Shown in pieces: positions 44,325 to 58,604 of a DNA stretch of 64,000 bases. Position 1 is the first letter of the stretch. Every line of letters begins with the position of its first letter. The notes under the pieces were generated by a model. That model ran no database searches and was not told where the DNA came from. It saw only the letters and a program-made list of their open reading frames with translations. The position numbers and the translations under genes were made by a program. Source of the stretch: Octopus vulgaris (Eukaryota); contig OX597824.1 of the NCBI GenBank assembly GCA_951406725.2, positions 70,246,001 through 70,310,000 of the forward strand, read 5' to 3'.

Positions 44325-44600
44325 CTACAGGTCCATTGACTGTCTTTGTCACATGTATGGAAGTTCCTGACCATTTTAACAATGCTATTTAAATTATAGT
44401 TCAGTTTATTGCTTATAATTGAAATGCATAAGTGGTATATATTCAGTATTAATTTGTCAAAATATAACTTATTGCTACAGGCTACAGGTGCATTGACTGC
44501 CTTTGTTCCATGTATGGCATTTCTCAAACATTTTAACAATGTCATTTAAATTATAATTTAGTTTATTCTTTATAATTTAAATGCATGGGTGGCATACATT
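44325..44600. repeat. ~157-bp diverged tandem duplication
   Basis: CTACAGGT.CATTGACTG.CTTTGT...CATTTTAACAATG..ATTTAAATTATA at ~44325 and ~44482. Confidence 0.8.
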
Positions 44601-45180
44601 TAGTTTTGTTTATATACTTATTCATATTTGAAAATCAGTTATTACAATATTGATGTTGTGGCTGATATTGTTATTGTTTTGTTTTACCTATTGTGGCTAA
44701 CAATTCATCCTTATATTGCATTTAAAATGCGTTATTTTTTTAGTGTTAATATTCAAATTAGAAAAAAGAGATTTAAAAAAGGTACAAACACATCATTTGT
44801 TCCTTTACAACTTGCTGTCCCAAGTGCCCAAATGAAATAGTTCCATCATTCTCCTGGAAGCACTGATCTATATAATCCCCTCATAAAATTTCTGGTCTTT
44901 ATTTTCCTTTTCCTTACTTGCTGAGTCTGAGAGAAGGTACAGATTCTATGAGACCTATGAGACTGACGACATCAAAACCCCTGCAAGAGTTGCCTTGCAG
45001 GAAAGAAAACAGCAGGGGGGAATTTCAGAGAGGAAGGACAGATAGGGCATAGCGACTGGAGGCATAACCTGGAGAAAGGACATGATAAGAGTTGGGGTAT
45101 GTAAGGGCGATGTACCTATATTGGAACTCGTTAAAGCAGTAAGATTGTAGATTCCTAAGGCAGCCAACAGAAATTTCTGG

Positions 45181-45227
<47 letters not shown>

Positions 45228-45322
45228 AATCATAACAATGATGAAGACAAAGGCAAATAAATAAAGTGAAATTTACTTTTAAAAAATTGTTTCTGAGGGA
45301 AATCTTATTCATTCATTCTTTT

Positions 45323-45360
<38 letters not shown>

Positions 45361-46407
45361 AAAGATTCAGTTTGAACAACAACAAACATTCTCACTAAAT
45401 ACATTTATTTTATCTTGTTTATTTAATGTATCGAAAATAACATCTATACATACATACATACATCAACATATACACACACACATATATGTACATGAATATA
45501 CGCATATAAACATGCACATACATACACACGCACACAAACACTGACACACACAAACACAGCACACCCACACATAAAACAAATCTATATGTATTTACACACA
45601 CACACACACATACACACATATATATAAATACATACATACATACATACATATACACATACATGCAAAGAAAAGAACCACACATATTGACACACATATACAT
45701 ACACGCATACACACAACCAGAGTATTAAAAGACAAACTATACAGAAAAAGAAAAGAAAAAAATGTAAAACAAAACTGCAAATAAAAAAGATAAAAGGAAT
45801 GAGAAGATAAAAAAAAAACAGGTGTGTAATTTAAATAATTTTAGTAAACTTCTAATTTTTGGTTTGCCTCACAATAAAAAACAAATAAGAAAAATATTTA
45901 TAAAAAAAATATTAAAAATAACTAAAAAAAAATGTACAAAAATTATAAGAACTGCAACAAATTAAATAAAAGAGCATAGCTTTGAAAAACTATAATTTAA
46001 AACAATTATCACGGTAAAATTATAATTATAATTAAAGTTATAATTATAATCACAATAAGAAAAAACAAAAATGTCAGGGATAAATTAGAAAGAGGCCGTA
46101 AAACTATTGGATATATATAAATTGGGGAAAAATAAATAAAAAAGGAAACCAACAACTGCTGCTGCTGCCACTGCTACTACTGCAAAAACCATGACCACCA
46201 CTACCAAGACCAAAATCACTGCTGCCACTACTACAACAATTAGTACCACCATTGGCACTAATACCACTGTGACAGCTACAACTACCACATCAGCATCACC
46301 ACCACCACCCCCACCACTACTACTGCTACTGCTACTACTATAGGTACAATGCTCGAAATTTTGGGCGAGGAGGGTAGTCAAATATACCACATACCATTCT
46401 CAATAAT

Positions 46408-47443
46408 CCTTTCTCTTATAGGCACAAGGCTTGAAATTTTGGGGAAGGGTATATGTATGTCAATTGCATTGATCTCCCCAGTACGCAACTGGTACTTATT
46501 TTATTGACCCTGAAAGGATGAAAGGCAAAGTCAGCCTCAGCAGAATTTGAACTCAGAACATAAAGATACAAAATACTGCTAGCCATTTCGCCTAGTGTGC
46601 TAACACTTCTGCCAGCTTGCCATTACAATAAATAATAATAAGAGCACTCAGAGAGCACAAAGCCTCTGCTAAGGCACTACTGTCTTCTCAACGACTAGCC
46701 AGAGAAGAGCTTTAAAATGAGAATATCTGAAATAAACTCGACTGCTCTCACAAGCGAGAATATTAATAATGGATCAGACTGCTCTTGAAAATTAAATTTC
46801 AATAAACAGGAAAATTAATCCAGAATCCTTGTCTGGTACTGGATTGATGCCAAATTCTAGTCAGTTCATGCCAATCAAGAGGCCAAACATCGCTGAAAGT
46901 TTCATCAGAATCCATTCAGTGGTTCTTGAAATATCTTGTCCCTAGACAAACAAACCAACAAATACAACTGAAAACAATACCTCTGCCTTAGCGAAGGCGG
47001 AGGAAATAATCCTTTCTGCTAAAGGTACAAGGCCTGAAATTTTGTGGAGAGGTATAAGTCAATTGCATTGACTCCAGTACACAACTGGTACTTTTTTTTA
47101 TCGACACTGAAAGGAGGAAAGGGAAAGTTGACCTCAGCGGAATTTCAACTCAGAACATGAAGACAGATAAAGTACCACTAAGCATTCTACCCGGCATGCA
47201 AACAATTCTGCCAGCTCTCAGCCTTAATAACAATAATAATAATTATTATTATTATTTCAAATTTGGCACAAGGCCAGTAATTTAGGGGGAGGGGCTAGTC
47301 AATCACATCAACCTCAGTGAGCAACTGGTACTTATTTTATAAGCCCGAAAGGTGGAAAGGCAAGGCCAACTTCAGTGGAATTTGAACTCAGAGCGTAACA
47401 ACAGATGAAATACTGCTAAATGATTCTGCCAGCTCGCTACCTT

Positions 47444-47485
<42 letters not shown>

Positions 47486-47715
47486 GATGATGATGATGAT
47501 GATGAGCCTATCTACTGGAAGCACAATGCCTTTGAATTTGGGGGAAAGGATTAAGTCAATTACATCGACCCCAGTGCGAAACTGGTACTTATTTAATCAA
47601 TCCCAAGAGGATGAAAGACAAAGTCAACCCCGGTGGAATTTGAACTCAGAACATAGCGGCAGATGAAATACTGCTAAGCATTTCACCCGGCATGCTAACA
47701 ATTCTGCCAGCTCAT
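46408..47715 (-). mobile_element. Cluster of four co-oriented family B SINEs (tail i) separated by (AAT)n, with the HINE between copies 1 and 2
   Basis: Repeated GGCACAAGG..GAAATTT...ACTGGTACTT...GAAAGGCAAAG...GAATTTGAACTCAGA...TGCCAGCT units starting ~46410, 47010, 47265, 47510. Confidence 0.85.
46637..47007 (+). mobile_element. Non-autonomous Helentron-associated (HINE/DINE-1-like) element
   Basis: 5' CCTCTGCTAAGGC sub-terminal repeat, core AAAGTTTCATCAGAATCC...GAAATATC, (ACAA)n tract and 3' palindrome CCTCTGCCTTAGCGAAGGCGGAGG. Confidence 0.6.
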
Positions 47716-47734
47716 TACTTCCTGAAGAAGAATG

Positions 47735-47783
<49 letters not shown>

Positions 47784-48124
47784 TAATTATAATAATGATA
47801 ATAATAATGATAAAGATGATGATGACTCTGATGATGATGATGAATATAATGAGGCCAACAAACAAAAATCTAATGTGGTGAATGTTAATAAGCAAACAAA
47901 AAAAAAAAAAAAGAAAATATAAAATTCAGAGTACAAAACCCTTGCACTTCTATTATAAAATCAAACAGGGTTAACGAGTAAAAAGTATTATCATAATTAA
48001 TAAGATTGTATGACAGAAATTACGTTATAGATATTATTAGTTCATATTAATTGAGGCGGGGTAGGGTAGGGTGTGGACTTGGGTTCACTCAACAATTCTT
48101 TTTATTTGTTTCTTTTTATCATTT

Positions 48125-48347
48125 ATCTTTTACTTCTTTCAGGCACTGGATAGGAGCCAGGCTGGAGCACTGGCTTGGAGGGTTTTAGTCAAACAATTCA
48201 ATCCTGAAAGTCATATTTTTTTTTATATTAAAGCCTGATACTTATTCTGTTGCTCTCTTTTGCTGAACTACTAAGTTATAGGGGAATGTAAACAAACCAA
48301 CACCAGTTGTAAAATGAAGCGGAGACACACAGACATACACATATTTA

Positions 48348-48408
<61 letters not shown>

Positions 48409-48560
48409 TATATGGTGGGGTTCTTTTAGTTTCCATCTACCAAATCTACTCAAAAAGCTTTTGCTCAGCTCATGGCTTTGAAAGAAGCCACTTGCCCAAG
48501 GAGCTGCACAGTGGGACTGAACCTAAGGCTACATGGTTGAAAAGCAAACTTCTCATTCAT
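48125..48560 (-). mobile_element. SINE family A, diverged copy
   Basis: Reverse-oriented head, body and tail with expanded internal (TA)n. Confidence 0.8.
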
Positions 48561-50214
48561 ACGTCTTGTTTGTTTTTGCTATTAGATTCTTTTAACTATG
48601 GGTTTGGTGGCTGAGCAAAATTTAAGAACTGACATAATTTGATAGTCATTTTAAAAAAATTTATATCTACTTATAATAAATTTTGCTTTTATTAACTCCG
48701 TGTTCTAAATACTGATATAACATTTACAACTATTTCTTATTTCTTTACTGCTCACAAGGGGCTACACACAGAGGCAACATACAAGAACAGACAAAGGGAT
48801 TAAGTTGATTATATCGATGCTAACATTTCTGCCAGCTTGTCACCTTACATTTACAACTATTTCTTGTTGGACAAGATACTTAACACCACCATTTCTCCTG
48901 GTGCCGAGTTCAAATACAGCCAAGGTCAACTTTGCCTTTTATCGTCTTTTTAGTGGGTGGGTGGCTGGGAAGGATAAAATAAGATCCCAATTGAATATAA
49001 TCAATATTGTCTAGTGGCAATATTCAACGTGAAACCTACGGTAACATTATAATTAGTTAGATACGGCATAACCAGGTATTTATTGCTTGATGATATAAAA
49101 ATACTCCTATTCTGTTACTTATACTGTGTATGTTTTTGTTTGTGACATACCAACGTCTAAAGAGGACGATGATGATTATGATATCGATGAGAGAAGGTGG
49201 GTGATGATGACCATCATCATAACAAAGAGGAGGTAGTTATTACAATGATGATGAGAAGGAGGAAGAGGAGGAGACAGTGGAGAAGAAGGAGGATAGTGAT
49301 AATGATGATGATAAGGAGGATAGTGATGATGATGAGGAGGAGGGTGAGGAGGACAAGGATAAAATACTATCTGAGGCATAGGAAATAAGTAAAATGTTTG
49401 TAGAAATTAAGTACACACGCACACATGCATACATAATATAATTGCACTGATGGCACAGTCACGCATTACACACACACACACATTCTGAATGGAAAATCCT
49501 CAAACTGCCATCAGTGTAGATAAGCAGTGACCGATTTAACTATTTAATGACAAATCACTATATATGTCCGTGTGTGTATGTGTGTGTACATATGTATGTG
49601 TGTGTGTATGTATATACACACGCACACATTCACTAACACAAACACGCATATATTGGCTTTAATTCAGAAATTTTGATTGACATTTCTATTCATTATTTTC
49701 ACCTACAAACATCAAAGTATGCCTCTATACCAGTTCCTTTTCTAAGTGTGTGCATTTGTGTGTGTGTATGTGTGCATGTGTATTTATGCAGAACTGGAAT
49801 AAAGTAGAATGGAAAAAGAGGTCAAAAAAAGACCTTGACCACTTTCATTCAAATGAAGATATCCCGTAATAGCAATTAAAGTATTAATAATAATGACGGA
49901 CTCTCCTGTCAAAGACAATATATGAATGTTCAGCTTATGCTGAACAACCTGCACAAATGATTTGTTTATGGTAATCAAATGTTCATGTTACATATCAGAT
50001 CATTCTCTTCATCGAATGGATATTGTCTGAACAAGTGCACGGTGTACCACATATTAGGTGTCGGATGAGATGGAATGTTTTGCTGAAGAACACAATGCAC
50101 TACCCTGTCAAGAAATTGAAACCACGATCTTGAGATCATGTGTGCAACACCCCAGCCACTAGGCCATGTGCCCTTACTAAAACTATGCTGGATCACAGAT
50201 ATAGTATAGATATA

Positions 50215-50610
50215 GGCGCAGGAGGGGCTGTGTGGCAAGTAGCTTGCTTACGAACCACATGGTTCCGAGTTCAGTCCCACTGCATGGCACCTTGGGCAAG
50301 TGTCTTTTACTATAGCCTCAGGCCGACCAAAGCCTTGTGAGTGGATTTGGTAGACGGAAACTGAAAGAAGCCTGTCGTATATATGTACATATATATATAT
50401 ATGTGTGTGTGTGTGTCTGTGTTTGTCCCCGCCAACATTGCTTGACAACAGATGCTGGTGTGTTTACGTTCCCGTAACTTAGCAGTTCAGTAAAAGAAAC
50501 CGATAGAATAAGAACTCGGCTTACAAAGAATAAGTCCTGGGGTCGATGTGCTTGACTAAAGGCGGTGCTCCAGCATGGCCACAGTCAAATGACTAACACA
50601 AGTAAAGAGT
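50215..50610 (+). mobile_element. SINE family A, full length
   Basis: Colinear with 24821-25243; abuts the Dong fragment. Confidence 0.9.
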
Positions 50611-50956
50611 ATAGCACGCCTATCTGACAACAAGGTATGCGATAAGGAAGAAAGAAAAGTTGAGAGATATGACAGGAAGTTAATCAGTTGTGGTCGATGA
50701 AAAAGATAGCAGTAGTACTGATAATTGTTGGAGTCCTGGGAACAGAGAGCAAAAATCGTGAAAAGTACGTGGAACAAATAGGGGCTGCAATAAGGGCGGA
50801 GCACTTGCAGAAAACAGCACTGCTTGGAACTGCTCGAATGCTCCGGAAGGTGCTCGAAAAATAAGAGGTGTTACTTTAGTTCACTGGTAGTGAACAGTTG
50901 ACACTGTAGCACATCTCCAGTGTTAGAAGCTGTACAGAGGCAATAATAATAATAAT
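50611..50956 (+). mobile_element. 3' end of an R4/Dong-clade (RLE) non-LTR retrotransposon
   Basis: IARLSDNKVCDKEERKVERYD..EVNQLWSMKKIAVVLIIVGVLG...HLQKTALLGTARMLRKVLEK* matches the RLE C-terminus; short 3'UTR ends in (AAT)n, the known Dong-type target. Confidence 0.85.
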
Positions 50957-51178
50957 CCTTTCTACTATAGGCACAAGGCCTGAAATATGTGAGGAGGGGT
51001 TTAGTCGATCACATCAACCCCAGTACTTGACTGGTACTTAATTTATCAAACCTGAAAGGATTAAAGGCAAAGTCAACCTCAACGGAATTTGAACTCAGAA
51101 CATAAAGACAAACTGTCACTAAGCATGATGCCTAACATACTACAGTTCTGCCAGCTTGCCACGTTAATAATATTAATG

Positions 51179-51212
<34 letters not shown>

Positions 51213-51469
51213 TAATAATAATAATAACGTATTAACGATACATTAATAATAAAGAAGATGATAATTATTCATTAATATATAAGTAGCTTTTGCCATTAGT
51301 AGAAACAGGTAAAAGAGGTGTAGAAAATATGGTAAGAAAAAGATGAAGATGAGCAGAAGACATTGCGTACAAGTGTGTTTCTATGCGAGACTGTATGTAT
51401 ATATACACACACATATATATTAATATACATATTCTTACATTGTACATACATATTCAAATATATAAAATT

Positions 51470-51531
<62 letters not shown>

Positions 51532-51799
51532 ACATATTTTCATCATCATCATCATCATCGTTTAACATCCGCTTTCCATGCTTGCGTGGGTTGGACGGTT
51601 CAACTGGGGTCTGGGAAGCCCGAAGGCTGCACCAGGCCCAGTCAGATCTATACATACACACACACACATATATATACGGACACACATAAATATATATTTG
51701 AACAAGTATTATATATATATATGCACACACACATATATATGTATCATCATCATCATTTAAGTCCATAGGTATGTTATTATATATCATATTTTATGTGTT

Positions 51800-52084
51800 C
51801 CATATATACTACATGTATCATATATACATACATATATATATATATATATACACACATATATATATATATATATACACACATATATATATATACATATATA
51901 TATATATACATATATATATACATACATACATATATACATACATACATATATACACATATATATATATATACATATATATATACATACATATAGATATATA
52001 TATACATATACATGTATTATATATAAATATATATACATATATATATACATACATACATATATACATACATACATATATACACAC

Positions 52085-52115
<31 letters not shown>

Positions 52116-52380
52116 CACATATAGATATATACACATACACATATACATGTATTATATATAAAAATATATATATATATATATATATATACATACATATATA
52201 TATTTATTTACATACATATATATATTTATATACATATATATATATATACATATATAGATACATACATATATTTATATACATACATACATATATATTTATA
52301 TACATACATATATATGTATGTTTAAATACATACATATACACATACATATATATATACACCTATGATATATATGATGTAAT
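51800..52380. repeat. Compound (TA)/(CA)/(TACA) low-complexity field (representative of many)
   Basis: Interspersed TA, CA and TACA units; source of the YI/HT-rich ORFs. Confidence 0.95.
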
Positions 52381-53340
52381 ATATAATTGTACACAAACAT
52401 ACATCTATACACAGACGCATATACACATACATACATACAGGCACATATAAACACGTGTGTGTGTGTGAGTGTATACAAGTGTATGTGTGAACATGGTTCA
52501 TCTAGAGACCAAGTCCCACTTGATAACCTTATTGTTTAGAATTAGCCTAATTTTTGTTGTTTTTCCTAGGTGTCTCATGTTATTTATCTATTTAGGCCTC
52601 ATCATCATCATGACCTACAGCACCACTACTGCAACGCCACCACCATCACTAGGATCATCACAATCATCATCCTCATGGCAATCTTTGGCAGCATTACTCC
52701 CCTGACCATGAACACTGATGGCAGTAAAACGGTAGAATCAGTAGAGCAGCCAATACTATGATTGGCAGTCATATTTAGCCCTTTACATTCTGAGTTCAAA
52801 CCCAGTTGAGGGCAATTATGCCTATGAGTCTTCTATAGTCCATGAATTTGTATAGTAACTTTCAGGTGCTAGGCCAAGTGATGTCATTTGGTGCTGATGT
52901 CTCATTGACTGGATTCTTCATACAAGATACGATGGGCTACTTGAAGAATCCTGAAAGGCCATTATCGGAGTTGGTTGAGCGTTAAGGTCTGACATGAGGT
53001 GTAAACCCGAACAGCTGCACATGTCCAGACAGACACAGACACACACTCACACAAATAATCGCACACATGATTTTGCAGTTAACAATTTTATCTTGCAACA
53101 GTAGCATTCCCTAAGTTGAATTATCACATGAAATGTTGTTATTAGCAAATACATTCCACTGTAGAAGATGATTGGAATTTGCTAATATAAATATGTGTGT
53201 GTGTGTGTGTGTGCATGTGCATATGTACGTGGATGGATAGGTAGGTAGGTAGACATACAATGCGTAAATAATTAAAAATTTTGTTTCACTTAATTATTCT
53301 CCTTTCAGCTAAATCTACCTTTTTTGGTTCTATCACAGCC

Positions 53341-53354
53341 GTTGCCATAGCAAC
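53341..53354. promoter_or_regulatory. RFX X-box motif
   Basis: GTTGCCATAGCAAC matches GTNRCC-N(0-3)-RGYAAC in unique sequence. Confidence 0.45.
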
Positions 53355-53986
53355 CAATTAACTGCTCATAGTACCATTCCTCTGCCAGACTTTCTCTCCA
53401 TTCTTTCAACTAACTTTTTATTCATACTGACATTTCAACAACACTCAAATATACCACCACAGCCACCATCACTGCCACCCCCACTGCAACGACCACTGTC
53501 TCAAAAATCTTTAAAAATATATTAAGAACAAATTCTCACAAATACATACATGCATATATATGCATACATATATTCACACATATATATAGATATATATATA
53601 AATATATACATATTTGATATGTATACATACATATGTGTATATATACATATATTCACACATACACATACATACATACATACGTACGTACGTACATAAATAG
53701 CAAATGAAAGACAAGATGGAATATACAAGAATCTAACATTTGATCACAACAATTGTTTTGACACATCTAGCAAGCCAAATGACCACATGCTTCACTACAT
53801 ATAGAAATATACACACACATAAATATATATACATAGATACATGTATAGACATATATATATATATATATATAAATATATATACATACATGTATGTATATAT
53901 ATATATATATATATATCAGGTATATACATATACATAGATACATGTATATACATACATGCATATACATATATATATATGTACATATA

Positions 53987-54056
<70 letters not shown>

Positions 54057-55215
54057 TATACATATATACATACATACATATCAAAATAAGCAACAGGATA
54101 TCAAGTAGTGATTCAGTACAACTATTTCAAGCAGCTTTATTTAATTGAACAATGCATTCAATACATCATTTTAAATGCAGTGCCATATATATATATGTAT
54201 ATGCAGTGGAGTATGTGGTCAGTTGGCTTGCAAGAAATATCAGCTAAGTCTCCCTCATATCACACCTTACTGTCTTAAAAAAGAGGAAGGTTGCATTAGA
54301 CAATGTAATCCAAGATAATGAAAAAGGGAGGATGGGCATGATTGAAACAATAAGGTCAGGTCATTCAGCCTGCCGAAAATAGCAGCCAAACACTCTTCAA
54401 GTCACACCATACCATCAATAAAATGAAGGATAAGATCATGAACAAATTATATGTCTGGATAAGAGATGGGAGGTCATGGTTGGAACACATTTGTTCATAA
54501 GTCTTGATTTAGATACCTTACAGATACGCGATATCTGGAAAATTATTAAAAGTGCATGGTCACAGCTGGAATAACAACAACAATAATCAGCCAAGTATTT
54601 GGCACCAACCCACCTTTGCATATCTGTGTGTATGTGTGCGCGTGTGTGTGTGTGTGTGGATGCATTTGTGTGTGTGTGTGTGTGTGTGTGTGTGGTGGGG
54701 GGTAGGTGCACATGTGCACGTGCGCATGTGTAACTTATATGTAAATATTTTGGACATAGAAGATAGACACATACATAGACACACACATATATACATATAA
54801 AACACATATACATATATATATGTATAAGCATAAATGTATGCATATGTATCTTAATGTATAATTATACATATATACATATATATACATATACACATATATA
54901 CATACATACATATATAGATATATATATACATGCATACATACATGTGCATATACATAAATATACATACATATATACACACATATATACAGACATATATATA
55001 TATACATATATACATACATACACACACACACACACGCATACAAAAACCATCTACGGGCAATTGGTTGCATGTGATAATAGCTCAGAGTAGCAATGGAGGG
55101 AATCATAAGCTTGAACTGAATGTATACATGAATATATTCCATGTAATATATATACACCCATGCATACATAGACATGTACATATAATAAATATGTACATAA
55201 CTATATAAATATACA

Positions 55216-55249
<34 letters not shown>

Positions 55250-55701
55250 ATGTGCCATTCAACATTCACCATTCTCTACACCAACCTAACTACATCTCTC
55301 CATTATGTATTACCACTCAAAAGCCATTACCTCACATCCTTCACCCTAACCCATCATTCACAAGAATTCACCACAGCCCTCCACCACTGCCAACATCACC
55401 AATACCCCCCCCAACCTGCACACACACACACACACATACATACACCCATATGCACCATACTTCTGCTACACAGCCAAATACTCTATGCTATGTAGCCAAC
55501 TTTCTCATTGTGAATATTCTTCCATTGCATAGCATCATCACCACCACTGCCAACAGCACCGTATATTGGAACATAGATGTAAAGAATTTAAAGTGAAAGC
55601 ACAGTCACCCTCCCACCCAATTCCACTACAACCACCAAGTAGCCCCCCTCCATACATTCCTCCATCAATCCATCCTTCCACTATACATATGTGCTGGGGG
55701 G

Positions 55702-55747
<46 letters not shown>

Positions 55748-55851
55748 GTACACATATGTATATATATATATGAATATATGTGTGTGAGTATATATATATA
55801 TATATAAACATACACATATACATATATGCACACATACAATACATATGTATG

Positions 55852-55891
<40 letters not shown>

Positions 55892-55940
55892 TAGATATAG
55901 ATATATATAAGTACATATATATGTAAATACACATGCATAC

Positions 55941-55983
<43 letters not shown>

Positions 55984-56792
55984 TACACACATATGTATAA
56001 ATACACACACACACACACACATACATGTATATCTATATATATAATGTCTGTGGTTCCATATACCTTAATGCCAACACGAAAACGAAAACGGCAACCTATA
56101 AAAGACACCCACCTCCTTCTTGCCATTATCCAAACAACAGCAGCAGAAGATGGAGAAAGAGGAGGGAGTAAGAAGAAGTGGAAAGATGTAGAAGAAGAAA
56201 GAAGGAGAGGAAGAAATGCAAGAAGTGTGCTTTCATGACTCAATACTAAGCAGCAAGCCAAAATGAAAGTCTGGTGATTGGTTGGTTGGCTGGCTGGTTG
56301 GCAGGCAGTCCTGCCTGCTTGCTTCCAGACCAAACCTTTAAAGTACTAAGACATTTTTAGCTGTCAAGTTTTGGTTAGACTTTCTTCTAAGAAGGCAATG
56401 CTGGGCTCCGCCTCCAAATATATATATATACATTATAGAGAGAGATGTAGGATTTCATCCCTCCTCCCTTTTCTTCTGGTTATATTCTCTGTTTCTCATT
56501 CTCATATATATATATATTACTCTTTTACTCTTTTACTTGTTTCAGTCATTTGACTGCGGCCATGCTGGAGCACCGCCTTTAGTCGAGCAAATCGACCCCG
56601 GGACTTATTCTTTGTAAGTCCAGTACATATTCTATCGGTCAAACATATACATGTAGCAATATGTATATATAATTTATATATATATATCAAATATATAAAT
56701 AAATAGTTAGACAGACAGATATAAATGAACATACATACACACACACATATATATATATTTATATATTTTATAAATATTATATATTGATTTAT

Positions 56793-56827
<35 letters not shown>

Positions 56828-57053
56828 CATATACGTGTGCATGTATATATATACACATAGACGTAAGCATACATATATACATACATATATGTATGAGTGT
56901 GTAGGTATACAGCATATATATGCCTCCCTTTCTCTATTTCTTACCTATGTGTGTGTGGGGGGAGACTCTGGAAATGTGCATGTGTGTGTGGGGGGGTGAT
57001 TCTGAAAGTGTACATGTGTGTGTGTGTGAGTGTTTATGCATGTATACAAACAT

Positions 57054-57400
57054 ACTGGGTGTGCCCCCAAAAATGTATACACAATTTAATAGCTGATAAC
57101 TTGCTAAATTTTCGTTTCTTTCTAAAATTAAACCATTACAAGTAATAGAGCCAAAGTGAGGTTTTAACAATGGAAATTTATCCTAAAGTTTGACTGTAAG
57201 TTTGAATGTGCAGTCAAACCGCAATGACAGTTTAGGAAGGATTTTCAAACAGATCCAGTGTGAAACGAATTTGAGATAAGTATGAAGATAGATGGAAATG
57301 TTCAGAATAACCCCAACAAACATTCTGGAAGACCACAGTAGAAAGAATGGCTCTTAGAAACCAATTGTCAGAGTTCAAAGACAATTGTGTAGCAAGCGAA
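57054..57400 (+). mobile_element. Possible mariner-like 5' remnant
   Basis: TA|CTGGGTGTGCCCCCAAAAATGTATACACA terminus-like start and a SGRP-containing decayed frame; no second TIR seen. Confidence 0.4.
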
Positions 57401-57449
57401 TCATGAGATACAAATTTCAGTATCATAATATATATATATATATATATAT

Positions 57450-58110
57450 ACCGTTTTTGGATTTGGTTTGCAAGATTCTTTATGTGAGTTCATGTGTTGA
57501 AGAATATACTATTGTGTCTGGAGAGAGTCATTCTGTTTTGGTGCCTTATAATTTAAAACACTCACCAGTAAAATTTCCACTTATTTCCTTCTTTATTTTT
57601 GCTGCATCTTGCAACCTTTTCGATAGTTTTGACTATTGAAAAGGTTGCAAGACACAATGAAAATTTTAGGAAAATAAAGAGGGAAACAAGTGTAATCTTA
57701 CCAATGAGTGTGTTAATTTATAAGGCACTAAAAGAGAATGACTCTCCCCAGACACAACAGCATATAAATATATATAAATATATAAATAAATATATACATA
57801 TAAATATATACATATAAATAAATATATACATATAAATATATATATATATCTGTAAAATAATATGTGACAATTATTCAATAGTCAAGATAGTCTCTTTCTT
57901 TCTTTTGTTATCTTACTGTTTTTACATATCGTTAGCTCCTACACATATTTTTTCTCTCCTTGTTTTTTTCTGTGTATCTTTCTGTTGAAGAGCATAGGCT
58001 TGAAACGTAAAATACTTTTTCTATTTCTATTCCTGGGCACCATACTACTATTCCTGTACTCCACCTGCCTTTGTCTTTTGTTTATTTTCGTAAACCTTCC
58101 CGTTATAAAT
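57450..58110. mobile_element. Penelope-like terminal-repeat remnants in inverted arrangement
   Basis: ~90-bp imperfect inverted arms (57510-57600, 57665-57760) and a decayed hammerhead-like TTGAAGAGCATAGGCTTGAAACG at ~57985. Confidence 0.5.
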
Positions 58111-58129
58111 ATATATATATATATATACA

Positions 58130-58280
58130 TTAGATCAATTTGGTTCTTTATAGCATTGAAGATAACCTTAAGGACCAGGTTGTGTCTCCATGTATACCTG
58201 TTCAATGCTAATGAACAGTTGGAAAGAATTTCCGACCTTTCTGCATTTGCATATATCATTCCCTGAGACATTCCATATAT
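58130..58280 (-). mobile_element. Hero/NeSL-like RLE retrotransposon zinc-knuckle fragment
   Basis: Frame ILSNCSLALNRYTWRHNLVLKVI matches the HILxxC...RYxWRH(N/D)xVL motif. Confidence 0.7.
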
Positions 58281-58421
58281 AAATATATATATATATAAGG
58301 ATGACACACAAATTCGTGAAGCGTTCCATATTTTTAACTCGATGAAAATGTTGGATATTTAACAATATTTTATATATTCATTGAAGAAATATCTTTTCAA
58401 AATATAATATATTAAACCATG

Positions 58422-58604
58422 CAGGTGGCACGTAAAAAGCACCCACTACACTCTCGGAGTGGTCGGCGTTAGGAAGGGCATCCAGCTGTAGAAACTCTGC
58501 CAGATCAAGACTGGAACCTGGTGCAGCCATTTGGTTGCCAGCCCTCAGTCAAAACCGTCCAACCCATGCTAGCATGGAAAATGGACGTTAAATGATGATG
58601 ATGA
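58422..58604 (+). mobile_element. SINE/LINE-tail family C ending in (GAT)n
   Basis: GGCGTTAGGAAGGGCATCCAGCTGTAGAAA...CCAACCCATGCTAGCATGGAAAATGGACGTTAAATGATGATG. Other copies at ~7682-8000(-), 13100-13240(-), 16395-16560(-), 20527-20700(-), 24040-24260(+), 26965-27185(+), 51541-51650(-). Confidence 0.8.

Noticed and set aside
46408-47715. Regularly spaced repeats suggesting a CRISPR-like array
   Set aside because: Units are ~200-bp diverged SINEs in a eukaryotic intron; no cas genes or repeat-spacer structure.
54093-54101. Minus-strand ATATCCTGT as the U12 donor
   Set aside because: Deviates from ATATCCTTT, and the phase-0 upstream frame hits a stop after 13 non-Prospero codons.
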